A stretch of DNA of 31,532 nt from Candidatus Coprovivens excrementavium (GCA_018711445.1 DVII01000124.1:1-31532); one strand, 5' to 3'; shown: positions 8,929 through 17,451, counted from the stretch's first letter. Notes: a model not told the origin generated them from the letters alone. Translations and numbers: made by a program.

Positions 8929-9942
8929 ATGATAAAAGTAGCAATTAATGGATTTGGAAGAATAGGAAGATTAGCTTTCCGTGAAATGATAACAGGAAGC
9001 GATTTTGATATTGTTGCAATCAATGATTTAACAGATGCTGAGACTTTAGCATATTTGCTAAAGTATGATACTAATCATCGTTCATTTCATGAAGATATTA
9101 TCAATTTTGAAGGCGATGAAATTGTCATAAAAGGAACTAAAAGAATTAAAGTGTATAGTGAAAAAGATCCTGTGAATTTACCATGGAATGATTTAGGGAT
9201 AGATGTTGTTTTAGAATGTACAGGACATTTTACAAGTATCGAGGATGCCTCTAAACATATAACTGCTGGTGCTAAAAAAGTTATTATTTCTGCTCCAGGA
9301 AAAGGTGACATGAAGACGATCGTTTACAATGTAAACTCTGATACCTTAGATGGAAGCGAAACAGTAATTTCTGCAGCGTCTTGTACTACAAATTGTCTTG
9401 CTCCAGTATTAAAAGTAATCGAAGATAATATTGGTATCGTAAAAGGTTATATGACAACTGTTCATGCTTATACAAACGATCAAGCAACACTTGATATTCC
9501 TCATAAGAAAGGAATCAAAGCTCGTCGTGGTCGTGCTTGCGCAATGAATATTGTTCCTGCTTCAACTGGTGCAGCTAGTGCTATAGGAAAAGTTATACCT
9601 TCTTTATTAGGTAAAATGGATGGTAATGCATTCCGCGTTCCAGTGCCAGATGGCTCAGTTATTGACGTTACTCTTGAATTAAGTAGAAATACAACGGTTG
9701 AAGAAATAAACACGTTGTTTACTAATAATCAAAACGAAACATTAAAAATTACTATGGATCCTGTTGTATCAAGTGATATTCTAGGTAAGAAAACAGGAGC
9801 ATTAGTTGATGGGTTACTAACTAATGTTTTAGAAAGCGAAGGGCGTCAATTAGTAAAAATTATTGCTTGGTATGATAACGAAATGGGTTATACAGCTCAA
9901 ATGATGCGTACCGCTAAAAAATTAATGAGTTTTAACAAATAA
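8929..9942 (+). CDS. gap: Type I glyceraldehyde-3-phosphate dehydrogenase, NAD-type
   Basis: GFGRIGR, NDL, ASCTTNCLAP (catalytic Cys), VHAYTNDQ and WYDNE motifs all canonical. Confidence 0.97.
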   Translation: MIKVAINGFGRIGRLAFREMITGSDFDIVAINDLTDAETLAYLLKYDTNHRSFHEDIINFEGDEIVIKGTKRIKVYSEKDPVNLPWNDLGIDVVLECTGHFTSIEDASKHITAGAKKVIISAPGKGDMKTIVYNVNSDTLDGSETVISAASCTTNCLAPVLKVIEDNIGIVKGYMTTVHAYTNDQATLDIPHKKGIKARRGRACAMNIVPASTGAASAIGKVIPSLLGKMDGNAFRVPVPDGSVIDVTLELSRNTTVEEINTLFTNNQNETLKITMDPVVSSDILGKKTGALVDGLLTNVLESEGRQLVKIIAWYDNEMGYTAQMMRTAKKLMSFNK

Positions 9943-9943
9943 T

Positions 9944-9968
9944 AAAGTGTCTATAAGGCACTTTTTTT
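9944..9968 (+). terminator. Intrinsic terminator after gap
   Basis: AAAGTGTC-tataa-GGCACTTT stem (one G-U pair) plus T tract. Confidence 0.7.
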
Positions 9969-9991
9969 ATGTAAAGACTTATTTTTAAAAA

Positions 9992-10020
9992 TTGAAGTCC
10001 ATCATTAAGTATTCTATAAT
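9992..10020 (+). promoter_or_regulatory. Sigma-A promoter for pgk-tpiA
   Basis: TTGAAG-17 bp-TATAAT. Confidence 0.6.
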
Positions 10021-10035
10021 TAAAGTGGTGATGAT

Positions 10036-11229
10036 ATGAAAAGAAGAATTCAAGACATGGATGTAAAAAACAAAAGAGTATTACTTAGATGTGACTTTAA
10101 TGTGCCTGTCAAAGATAACGTAATCTTAGATGATAGTAAAATAGTAGCTGCTTTAAACACTATTGAATATTTAATAAAAGAAGGAGCTAAAATTATCATC
10201 TTATCACACTTTGGTAAAGTAAAAACAGAAGAAGATAAAGCTAAAAACTCACTAGCTCCAATTGCTGCTCATCTTCAAAAATTAGTTAATACTAAAGTAA
10301 TTTTCTCAAAACAATCACGTAGTTTATACCTTGAAGCCAAAATCGAAAATATGAATCCAGGAGAGATTATAGTTTTAGAAAATACTCGTTTTGAAGATGT
10401 ACCTAATAAATTAGAAAGTGGAAATGATGTTCAACTTGCGATGTATTGGGCTGGTTTAGCCGATATTTTCTGCTTAGACGCTTTCGGTTCAGCTCATCGA
10501 AAACATGCTTCAACATATGGCGTTGCCAAATACTTGCCAAGTTGTATAGGTTTCTTAGTCCAACATGAAGTTGAAATGCTTGATACCTATATTCTAAGAG
10601 CGTCTCATCCTTTTACGATTGTAATGGGAGGTGCCAAAGTTGAGGATAAAGTTGAATTAATTGAATCACTTCTTCCACGCTGTGATCAATTATTACTAAC
10701 TGGTGGAATAGCAAATTCTTGTTTAGCTATTTTAGGATTTAGTGTAGGTAATTCCTTACGAACAACTGATACTGAAGTAATGAACAAGATAAAAAATATC
10801 TTAATTAAATATAAAGATAAAATCATGCTTCCAGTTGATGCAATAGTTGGTCGCGTTTACGATGAAAAATATGTAGAACATGTTAATATTGATAAAGTAG
10901 CTGAAGATGATATTATCTATGATATAGGAATCAAAACAATTAATAAATATGATGAAATAATTAAACAATCAAAAACAATTTTTGTTAATGGAACTGCTGG
11001 TAAATACGAAGATATTAGATTTGCTACAGGAACTAGAGAACTATTAACTCGCATAACTGACAGCAACGCGATAAAAGTTGTTGGTGGTGGAGATGGTGTA
11101 AGTGCAGTTAAACATTTCAAATTAGAAAATCGATTTAACTTCCTATCTACAGGAGGAGGAGCAACTTTAGAATATATAATTCAAGGTGGATTACCAGCTA
11201 TTGACAATATTCCTGATAGTGTAAAATGA
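10036..11229 (+). CDS. pgk: Phosphoglycerate kinase (divergent)
   Basis: RCDFNVP, ENTRF, DAFGSAHR, GGAKVEDK, GGGD and STGGGATLE motifs; some basic-patch substitutions. Confidence 0.93.
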   Translation: MKRRIQDMDVKNKRVLLRCDFNVPVKDNVILDDSKIVAALNTIEYLIKEGAKIIILSHFGKVKTEEDKAKNSLAPIAAHLQKLVNTKVIFSKQSRSLYLEAKIENMNPGEIIVLENTRFEDVPNKLESGNDVQLAMYWAGLADIFCLDAFGSAHRKHASTYGVAKYLPSCIGFLVQHEVEMLDTYILRASHPFTIVMGGAKVEDKVELIESLLPRCDQLLLTGGIANSCLAILGFSVGNSLRTTDTEVMNKIKNILIKYKDKIMLPVDAIVGRVYDEKYVEHVNIDKVAEDDIIYDIGIKTINKYDEIIKQSKTIFVNGTAGKYEDIRFATGTRELLTRITDSNAIKVVGGGDGVSAVKHFKLENRFNFLSTGGGATLEYIIQGGLPAIDNIPDSVK

Positions 11230-11951
11230 AATATTTAGTATGTAACTTAAAAGCTAACAAGATAAAAGAAGATTTGATTACATATGAAAAAGGAATATCT
11301 ACGATTAAGACAGTTCCTGATATTGAATTAATCATATGTCCCTCAACACCTTTCTTATATCTTTTTCAATCATCTAAATATAGTTTAGGAAGTCAAGATA
11401 TATCTCAATTTAACTTAGGACCATATACTGGAGAAACAACGGCTGAACAATTGCACTCTTTGAATGTCAAGTATTCATTAGTTGGTCATAGTGAAAGAAG
11501 AAATTTATTAAAAGAAGATGAACAAACAATTATAACAAAAATAAAAAAATCATATCATAGTCACATTCAACCTATTTATTTTATAGGTGAAACAGGTGAT
11601 AAAAAAGAAATAATAAATGAAACTTTAAAACAACAAATAATAAATATTATAGACGAAGTACCTGATTACAAGCGCCCTAAAATGATTATTGTTTATGAAC
11701 CAATATGGGCGATTGGAACAGGAATAGTTCCGACGAATAATGATATAGAAATACGTATAAAAAATATAAAAAGAATTATTGAAGAAAATTATAATTTAAA
11801 ACTTCCAGTATTATATGGTGGAAGTGTCAACGAAGATAATATAAATGAGTTAATTAAAATAGATGAATTAGATGGCTTTGTTTTAGGCGAGAGCTCAAAA
11901 GAATATAGCGAAGTAGAATATATTTATCAAAAGATTCAAAAAAATATCTAA
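11226..11951 (+). CDS. tpiA: Triosephosphate isomerase (divergent)
   Basis: NLKAN (catalytic Lys), GHSERR, YEPIWAIGTG and YGGSVN motifs; ATGA overlap with pgk. Confidence 0.92.
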   Translation: MKYLVCNLKANKIKEDLITYEKGISTIKTVPDIELIICPSTPFLYLFQSSKYSLGSQDISQFNLGPYTGETTAEQLHSLNVKYSLVGHSERRNLLKEDEQTIITKIKKSYHSHIQPIYFIGETGDKKEIINETLKQQIINIIDEVPDYKRPKMIIVYEPIWAIGTGIVPTNNDIEIRIKNIKRIIEENYNLKLPVLYGGSVNEDNINELIKIDELDGFVLGESSKEYSEVEYIYQKIQKNI

Positions 11952-11958
11952 GTCGACA
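11952..11958 (-). promoter_or_regulatory. 0A-box-like site upstream of the spo0A-like gene
   Basis: TGTCGAC on the minus strand (6/7 match to TGTCGAA), 57 bp upstream of the ATG. Confidence 0.35.
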
Positions 11959-12015
11959 AAATAATACATAATACCAAGACAGTATACTTTAAACTAAGAA
12001 CATAGAAAGAGAAAA

Positions 12016-12780
12016 ATGAATATGAAAAATAATATGAATACATTGGTAGTATGTAGTAAAGAAGAATCGAACAAACTTAAACAAGAAATAGCAGTTTTAA
12101 CAACTGAAATAACTATTAAATACACAGCGGACAATTACAAAGATGCATTGCAAATCATTAATAATTCTGATGATTTGGATGCAATATTAATTGATGGTAC
12201 AATGCCTGGAGAAAATATTTTGAATTTATTAACAAATTATAAAAATGAAATATTATTATCTAGAACTATCATCATTGATAACATTAAATTAGATTGCTAT
12301 AATTTATCAGCATCTAACTATCAAATATTCAATGTTATTCCTAAAAATTACAAAATAAATGAATTGATTATCTCTTTAAAAGAAATAAAGAATAAACAAG
12401 AAAAATATAATTTCCACAAGATATCAATCTATGATAAAGTAGCTGAGATATTAAAAAAATTAGGTATTGCTCCTGATAAAAATGGATTTCATTATTTAAG
12501 AAAAGCAATTTATGAATGTTACTTGGAGCCTTCATTATTAACTTCTATTACTAAAGAAATATATCCTATGTTAGCTGCATCTTTTTCTAAAAAAGAAAGT
12601 TGTATCGAGAGGTCAATTAGAAGTGCAATTGAAACAGGTTGGGATCGTGGAAATTACGAATATTCTAATGAATTATTTTCCAATTGTGTAGATTACTATA
12701 AAACAAAGCCAACTAATGGAGAATTTATAGCTATTATAGTTGACAAAATAATGATGGAAGAAGGAAGAACAATTTATTAA
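12016..12780 (+). CDS. spo0A: Spo0A-family transcription factor with an atypical receiver domain
   Basis: C-terminal LGI-PDKNGFHYLRKAI...ITKEIYP...ERSIRSAIE..W.RGN...KPTNGEFIA matches the Spo0A effector domain; N-terminus has LIDGTMP at the receiver beta3 position. Confidence 0.85.
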   Translation: MNMKNNMNTLVVCSKEESNKLKQEIAVLTTEITIKYTADNYKDALQIINNSDDLDAILIDGTMPGENILNLLTNYKNEILLSRTIIIDNIKLDCYNLSASNYQIFNVIPKNYKINELIISLKEIKNKQEKYNFHKISIYDKVAEILKKLGIAPDKNGFHYLRKAIYECYLEPSLLTSITKEIYPMLAASFSKKESCIERSIRSAIETGWDRGNYEYSNELFSNCVDYYKTKPTNGEFIAIIVDKIMMEEGRTIY

Positions 12781-12818
12781 AAAAGAAATTACTTGCCTAC
12801 CTTGTAATTTCTTTTTTT
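12779..12818 (+). terminator. Intrinsic terminator after spo0A
   Basis: AAAAAAGAAATTAC / GTAATTTCTTTTTT 14-bp inverted repeat with an 11-nt loop. Confidence 0.75.
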
Positions 12819-12831
12819 GTTGTGCTATTAT
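12802..12831 (+). promoter_or_regulatory. Possible promoter for the gpmI-like gene overlapping the terminator
   Basis: TTGTAA-18 bp-TATTAT with TG extension. Confidence 0.35.
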
Positions 12832-12850
12832 GTTAATAGGAGAAATGCTT

Positions 12851-14365
12851 ATGAAGAAGATTTTAACAATTATATTGGATGGCTTTGGAATGCGTGAAGA
12901 TATTTATGGTAACGCTGTGAAAAATGCCGGAATGAACAATTTCATCGATATTTGGAATAACTACCCGCACTGTTTGTTAAAAGCTAGCGGTTCTTCAGTT
13001 GGCCTACCTGATAAACAATGTAGTAGCAGCGAATTAGGTCATGAAATAATAGGAACAGGTCGTTTAATTGAAAATGCTCTTGATGAAATAAATGAAGTTT
13101 TTAAAAGGGAACGCCTAAAATATAATCCTAAATATAATGAAATGATTAATTATTTATCTAATAACCCAACCAGAAGTCTTCATATATTTCATTTATTATC
13201 TGATGGTGGCGTTTCTTCACATATAAATCATCTAAAATGTTTTTTAAATACCCTTAGTCACGATAAAGTAGAAAATAAAATCTATCTTCATTTAGCTGCT
13301 GACGGCCGTGATTCAGATAAACATAAAATATATACATATCTTAAAGAAATTGAAAATAATATTTCTAATAATGTTAAGTTAGCTTCAATTTGTGGTCGTT
13401 ATTATGCTTTAGATGATACAAAAGATTATAAGAGAACAAAAATGTTTTATGACTTGTTATTTGATGGACGAGGTATAGATGCTAAAAATTTACCGCGTTT
13501 TATTGAAAAATGCTATGAAAAGAAACTCTCAGATGAATACTTACCGCCATTAAAAACAAATGACTTTCAAACTCTAGATAATAATGATGTTTTAATCTTT
13601 TTAAATTTTAGTAAAGAAAATCAACTTCAATTATTAGATGCGATATGTAATAAAGACTTTATTGAATTTAATAATTATTCTTTAAATATAAAAGTTTATA
13701 GTTTATTTGAAATAGATAAACATATTAATACCAATTATTTCTTTGAAATGCCAAAAAACAAACATACCCTAACTGAATATTTAGCCGGCCTTGGTTTAAC
13801 TCAAGCTCATATATATGAAAGTATAAAAAATAGTTCTATGAGTTATTACCTAAATGGCAAAAGATATTTAAAGTTAGAAAATTGTGATATCTATAGCATT
13901 GATTCGCCAGTGGTTGATAGCTTTGATTTAAAACCTGAAATGAACGCTTTATCTGTTGCTAAAACAATTATTAAATGCATGGAAAAAGATTATGACTTTA
14001 TATTAGCTAATTTCGCCAATCCTGATGAAGTAGGACATACAGGCAATTATCAAGCAACAATAAATGGCTTACAAGCTGTTGATGTATGTTTAGGCAAAAT
14101 ATTAGAAGTTGCCGAAGAAAATTTTTATAAAGTAATTATAACTTCAAGTCACGCTAATGCTGATACGATTATCGATCGCAATAATAATATAATAACCAAA
14201 AACACATTAAGTCCTGTGCCTTTTATAATAATGGACAAAAAATACAAGTTGAAAAATGGAACGTTAACAAGTTTTGCTCCGACACTTTTAAAGTACATGG
14301 ATATTGCTATCCCTAAAGAGATGAAGGATGCAGAAATTTTAATCGAAAAAAATAAAATATCATGA
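12851..14365 (+). CDS. gpmI: 2,3-bisphosphoglycerate-independent phosphoglycerate mutase homolog with a degenerate active site
   Basis: ILDGFG, SELGH, LSDGGV, DGRD, GRYY, DLKPEM and NFANPDEVGHTG motifs give the family; several catalytic residues are substituted. Start set at ATG 12851 behind AGGAGA. Confidence 0.88.
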   Translation: MKKILTIILDGFGMREDIYGNAVKNAGMNNFIDIWNNYPHCLLKASGSSVGLPDKQCSSSELGHEIIGTGRLIENALDEINEVFKRERLKYNPKYNEMINYLSNNPTRSLHIFHLLSDGGVSSHINHLKCFLNTLSHDKVENKIYLHLAADGRDSDKHKIYTYLKEIENNISNNVKLASICGRYYALDDTKDYKRTKMFYDLLFDGRGIDAKNLPRFIEKCYEKKLSDEYLPPLKTNDFQTLDNNDVLIFLNFSKENQLQLLDAICNKDFIEFNNYSLNIKVYSLFEIDKHINTNYFFEMPKNKHTLTEYLAGLGLTQAHIYESIKNSSMSYYLNGKRYLKLENCDIYSIDSPVVDSFDLKPEMNALSVAKTIIKCMEKDYDFILANFANPDEVGHTGNYQATINGLQAVDVCLGKILEVAEENFYKVIITSSHANADTIIDRNNNIITKNTLSPVPFIIMDKKYKLKNGTLTSFAPTLLKYMDIAIPKEMKDAEILIEKNKIS

Positions 14366-14387
14366 GTAATTTTCGTGATATTTTTTT
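14354..14387 (+). terminator. Intrinsic terminator after gpmI
   Basis: AAAATATCATGA / TCGTGATATTTT stem (one G-U pair) plus T tract. Confidence 0.7.
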
Positions 14388-14413
14388 AAATATTGAAAAA
14401 TTTAACTTTTTTC

Positions 14414-14442
14414 TTGCATTTATCGAGCTTTATTGCTATAAT
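14414..14442 (+). promoter_or_regulatory. Strong sigma-A promoter of the S10 superoperon
   Basis: TTGCAT-17 bp-TATAAT with TG extension. Confidence 0.8.
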
Positions 14443-14448
14443 TAAAAA

Positions 14449-14577
14449 CGTATGACTGCTTAGATGTGTGAGGTTGCCGATACACTAGGATGAGTTGTTT
14501 ATATTTTATCTTAAATTTATCGGGGAATTCATTACGGAGCAAGTCTATACTAGATATAGACGAAGGGAGGACATAAA
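14449..14577 (+). ncRNA. Structured 5' leader of rpsJ (candidate r-protein leader)
   Basis: About 130-nt leader, more GC-rich than its flanks. Contains GAGGTTGCCGATACAC, ACGGAG and a GTCTATA-ctaga-TATAGAC hairpin abutting the SD; resembles Bacilli rpsJ leaders as recalled. Confidence 0.55.
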
Positions 14578-14883
14578 ATGTCAAGTAACAAAGTTCGCAT
14601 CACTCTAAAAGCTTATGATCATAGATTATTAGATTTAGCTTGCGGAAAAATTGTTGAAACTGTTAAAAGAACTGGGGGAGAAGTTGTTGGTCCAGTGCCA
14701 CTTCCAACTGAAGTTGAAAAAATCACTGTACTAAGAGCTGTACATAAATATAAGGACTCTAGAGAACAATTTGAAAGCCGTACTCATAAGAGACTTATTG
14801 ATATTAAAAACCCAACAAAAGAAACTGTTGAAGCACTTGCTCACTTAGATATTCCAAGTGGTGTTGCTATTAACATAAAATAA
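14578..14883 (+). CDS. rpsJ: 30S ribosomal protein S10
   Basis: [31 protein letters not shown]. Confidence 0.98.
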   Translation: MSSNKVRITLKAYDHRLLDLACGKIVETVKRTGGEVVGPVPLPTEVEKITVLRAVHKYKDSREQFESRTHKRLIDIKNPTKETVEALAHLDIPSGVAINIK

Positions 14884-14907
14884 TAAAAAATAAATGGAGG
14901 TAAAAAA

Positions 14908-15669
14908 ATGAAAGGAATCTTAGGACGTAAAGTCGGAATGACTCAAGTCTTCACAAAAGATGGAAAACTTGTTCCTGTAACAGTTGTATCTGTTGAACCT
15001 AATGTTGTTACTCAAGTTAAAACAACTGAAAAAGATGGTTATAACGCTATTCAATTAGCTACAGTTGACAAGAAAGAAAAAAATGCTAGCAAAGCTAGTA
15101 TTGGTCATGCTAAAAAAGCAAATACAACTCCTAAGCGCTACTTAAAAGAAATTCGTAATTACGAAGGTACTTATAACTTAGGAGATACCATTAACGCTGA
15201 TATTTTTACTGCTGGTGAATATGTTGATGTTACTGGTACTAGTAAAGGTAAAGGTACTGAAGGTGTAATTAAACGTTGGAACCAATCAAGAGGACCAATG
15301 GCTCATGGTTCACGTTATCACAGAAGACCTGGTTCAATGGGAACAATGAGACCTATGCGTGTTCTTAAAGGAAAAAAATTACCAGGACATATGGGTGTTG
15401 AAACAACAACAATCCAAAATCTAGAAATTATTGAAGTAAATGCTGCTGAAAATTATATTTTAGTAAGTGGAAATATTCCGGGTGCTAAACAATCTTTAGT
15501 TTTAATTAAAACAGCTGCTAAAAAGAAAGGTGCTACAGAACCAAAAGAAATCCTTTCTTATGAAGAAGAAACAGTTGTTGATGAAGTTGTAGAAAACGAA
15601 ACTCCAGTAGAAGAAGTTACTACTGAAGAAGTAGAAGCTACAGAAGAAAACCAAGGAGAAAGTAAGTAA
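14908..15669 (+). CDS. rplC: 50S ribosomal protein L3 with acidic C-terminal extension
   Basis: [34 protein letters not shown]; position in the operon. Confidence 0.98.
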   Translation: MKGILGRKVGMTQVFTKDGKLVPVTVVSVEPNVVTQVKTTEKDGYNAIQLATVDKKEKNASKASIGHAKKANTTPKRYLKEIRNYEGTYNLGDTINADIFTAGEYVDVTGTSKGKGTEGVIKRWNQSRGPMAHGSRYHRRPGSMGTMRPMRVLKGKKLPGHMGVETTTIQNLEIIEVNAAENYILVSGNIPGAKQSLVLIKTAAKKKGATEPKEILSYEEETVVDEVVENETPVEEVTTEEVEATEENQGESK

Positions 15670-15692
15670 TTTACTTAGAAAGGTGATCTAAT

Positions 15693-16316
15693 ATGGCAAA
15701 AGTACAATTAATTAATGTAAAAGGTGAAAAACTAAAAGATTTAACATTAGCTGATAATGTATGGAATATTGAAGTAAATGATATTGTTTTAAAAAAGGCA
15801 ATTGACTTACAATTAGCAGCAACTAGACAAGGAACTGCCAAAACTAAAACTCGTTCAGAAGTTTCTGGTGGAGGAAGAAAACCTTGGAGACAAAAAGGAA
15901 CTGGTAGAGCTCGTCAAGGCTCAATCAGAGCTACTCAATGGCGTGGCGGTGGAATCGCTGGTGGAGTAACACCAAGAGATTACACTTTCCAAATCAATAA
16001 AAAAGAAAGAGTATTGGCTCTAAAAAGTGCTTTATCTCATAAATTCCAAGATAAAGAACTAGTTGTTATTGACAACATTAAACTAGATGATTTAAAAACA
16101 AAAAATATTAAAGATATAATGGCAACATTAAAATTAAATGGAAAAGTTTTATTCGTTACTGGCGAAGACAACGAAAACTTATATATGGCTACTAGAAATC
16201 TTGGCTATGCATATAACATTAACGCTGACGAAATCAACTGCTATGATTTGGTTAATGCTGATGTTGTAGTTTGTGACGAAAAAGCTATTGAAGTAATTGA
16301 AGGGGGACTTAAATAA
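15693..16316 (+). CDS. rplD: 50S ribosomal protein L4
   Basis: [17 protein letters not shown]. Confidence 0.98.
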   Translation: MAKVQLINVKGEKLKDLTLADNVWNIEVNDIVLKKAIDLQLAATRQGTAKTKTRSEVSGGGRKPWRQKGTGRARQGSIRATQWRGGGIAGGVTPRDYTFQINKKERVLALKSALSHKFQDKELVVIDNIKLDDLKTKNIKDIMATLKLNGKVLFVTGEDNENLYMATRNLGYAYNINADEINCYDLVNADVVVCDEKAIEVIEGGLK

Positions 16317-16591
16317 TGAAAGATTATACTGATATTATTATTGCACCTGTAATTACAGAAAAATCTGCTATTCAAGCAGAAGCAAATGTATACACTTTTA
16401 AAGTTGCTACATCTGCAAACAAAATTGAAATAAAAAAAGCAATCGAAGACGCTTTCAATGTTAAAGTAGTTAAGGTTAACACTTTAAATACTAAATCAAA
16501 AGCTAAAAGAGTTGGTAGATATGCTGGTAGAACTAAAACATATAAAAAAGCATTTGTCACATTAGCTGATGGCGACAAAATAGAATTATAG
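16316..16591 (+). CDS. rplW: 50S ribosomal protein L23
   Basis: [29 protein letters not shown]. Confidence 0.97.
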   Translation: MKDYTDIIIAPVITEKSAIQAEANVYTFKVATSANKIEIKKAIEDAFNVKVVKVNTLNTKSKAKRVGRYAGRTKTYKKAFVTLADGDKIEL

Positions 16592-16607
16592 AAGGAGAGA
16601 AGAAATT

Positions 16608-17438
16608 ATGGCAATAAAGAAATATAATCCAACGACTAACGGACGTCGTGGAATGACTACTTTAGCAAATAATGAAATAACGACTTCAACTCCTGAAAAA
16701 ACATTATTGGTTTCTAAAATTAAATCAGGTGGAAGAAATAACCAAGGTAAAATGACTGTTCGCCACATCGGTGGAGGAGCAAAACAAAAATACAGAGTTA
16801 TTGATTTCAAAAGAAATAAAGTTGGAGTTACTGGAAAAGTAGCTACTATTGAATACGACCCAAACAGAAATGCAAATATTGCGTTAATTAATTATCGTGA
16901 CGGAGAAAAAAGATATATTATCGCTCCTAAAGATTTAACTGTTGGTTCAATAATTGAATCAGGTGAAAATGCTGATATTAAAATCGGAAATGCATTACCA
17001 CTTGCTAATATTCCAGTTGGTACAACAATTCACTGTATTGAATTGCAACCTGGAAAAGGAGCTTCACTATGTCGTGCGGCTGGAACAAGCGCTCAAATCT
17101 TAGGTCGTGAAGATAAATATGTGTTAATCAGATTGCAATCTGGTGAAACAAGAAAAGTTCTTGGAACTTGTATGGCAACAATCGGAACTGTTGGAAATGA
17201 AGATTACGAATTAGTAAATCTTGGTAAAGCAGGACGTAAACGTCATATGGGTATCAGACCAACTAACCGTGGATCTGTTATGAACCCTAACGACCACCCA
17301 CATGGTGGAGGAGAAGGACGTACTCCAGTAGGACGTAAAGCACCAATGACTCCATGGGGTAAAAAAGCTATGGGTGTTAAGACTCGTAGTAGTAAGAAAA
17401 AATCTAGCAAGCTAATTGTTAGTCGCAAGAAGAAATAG
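16608..17438 (+). CDS. rplB: 50S ribosomal protein L2
   Basis: [26 protein letters not shown]. Confidence 0.98.
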   Translation: MAIKKYNPTTNGRRGMTTLANNEITTSTPEKTLLVSKIKSGGRNNQGKMTVRHIGGGAKQKYRVIDFKRNKVGVTGKVATIEYDPNRNANIALINYRDGEKRYIIAPKDLTVGSIIESGENADIKIGNALPLANIPVGTTIHCIELQPGKGASLCRAAGTSAQILGREDKYVLIRLQSGETRKVLGTCMATIGTVGNEDYELVNLGKAGRKRHMGIRPTNRGSVMNPNDHPHGGGEGRTPVGRKAPMTPWGKKAMGVKTRSSKKKSSKLIVSRKKK

Positions 17439-17451
17439 GAGGAAATAAATA

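Noticed and set aside
11959-12015. Sporulation-sigma (H/E/K) promoter upstream of spo0A, also considered at 28242-28300
   Set aside because: Only partial CATA/ATA matches with wrong spacing, as expected by chance in AT-rich DNA.
12851-14365. gpmI as a classical pseudogene
   Set aside because: The reading frame is full length with no stops or frameshifts, and RBS and terminator are present, so it is annotated as a CDS with a degenerate active site.
2368-14365. Genetic code 4 (Mycoplasma)
   Set aside because: TGA ends ftsX (2369-2371), pgk (11227-11229) and gpmI (14363-14365) at the expected lengths, and Trp is encoded by TGG.
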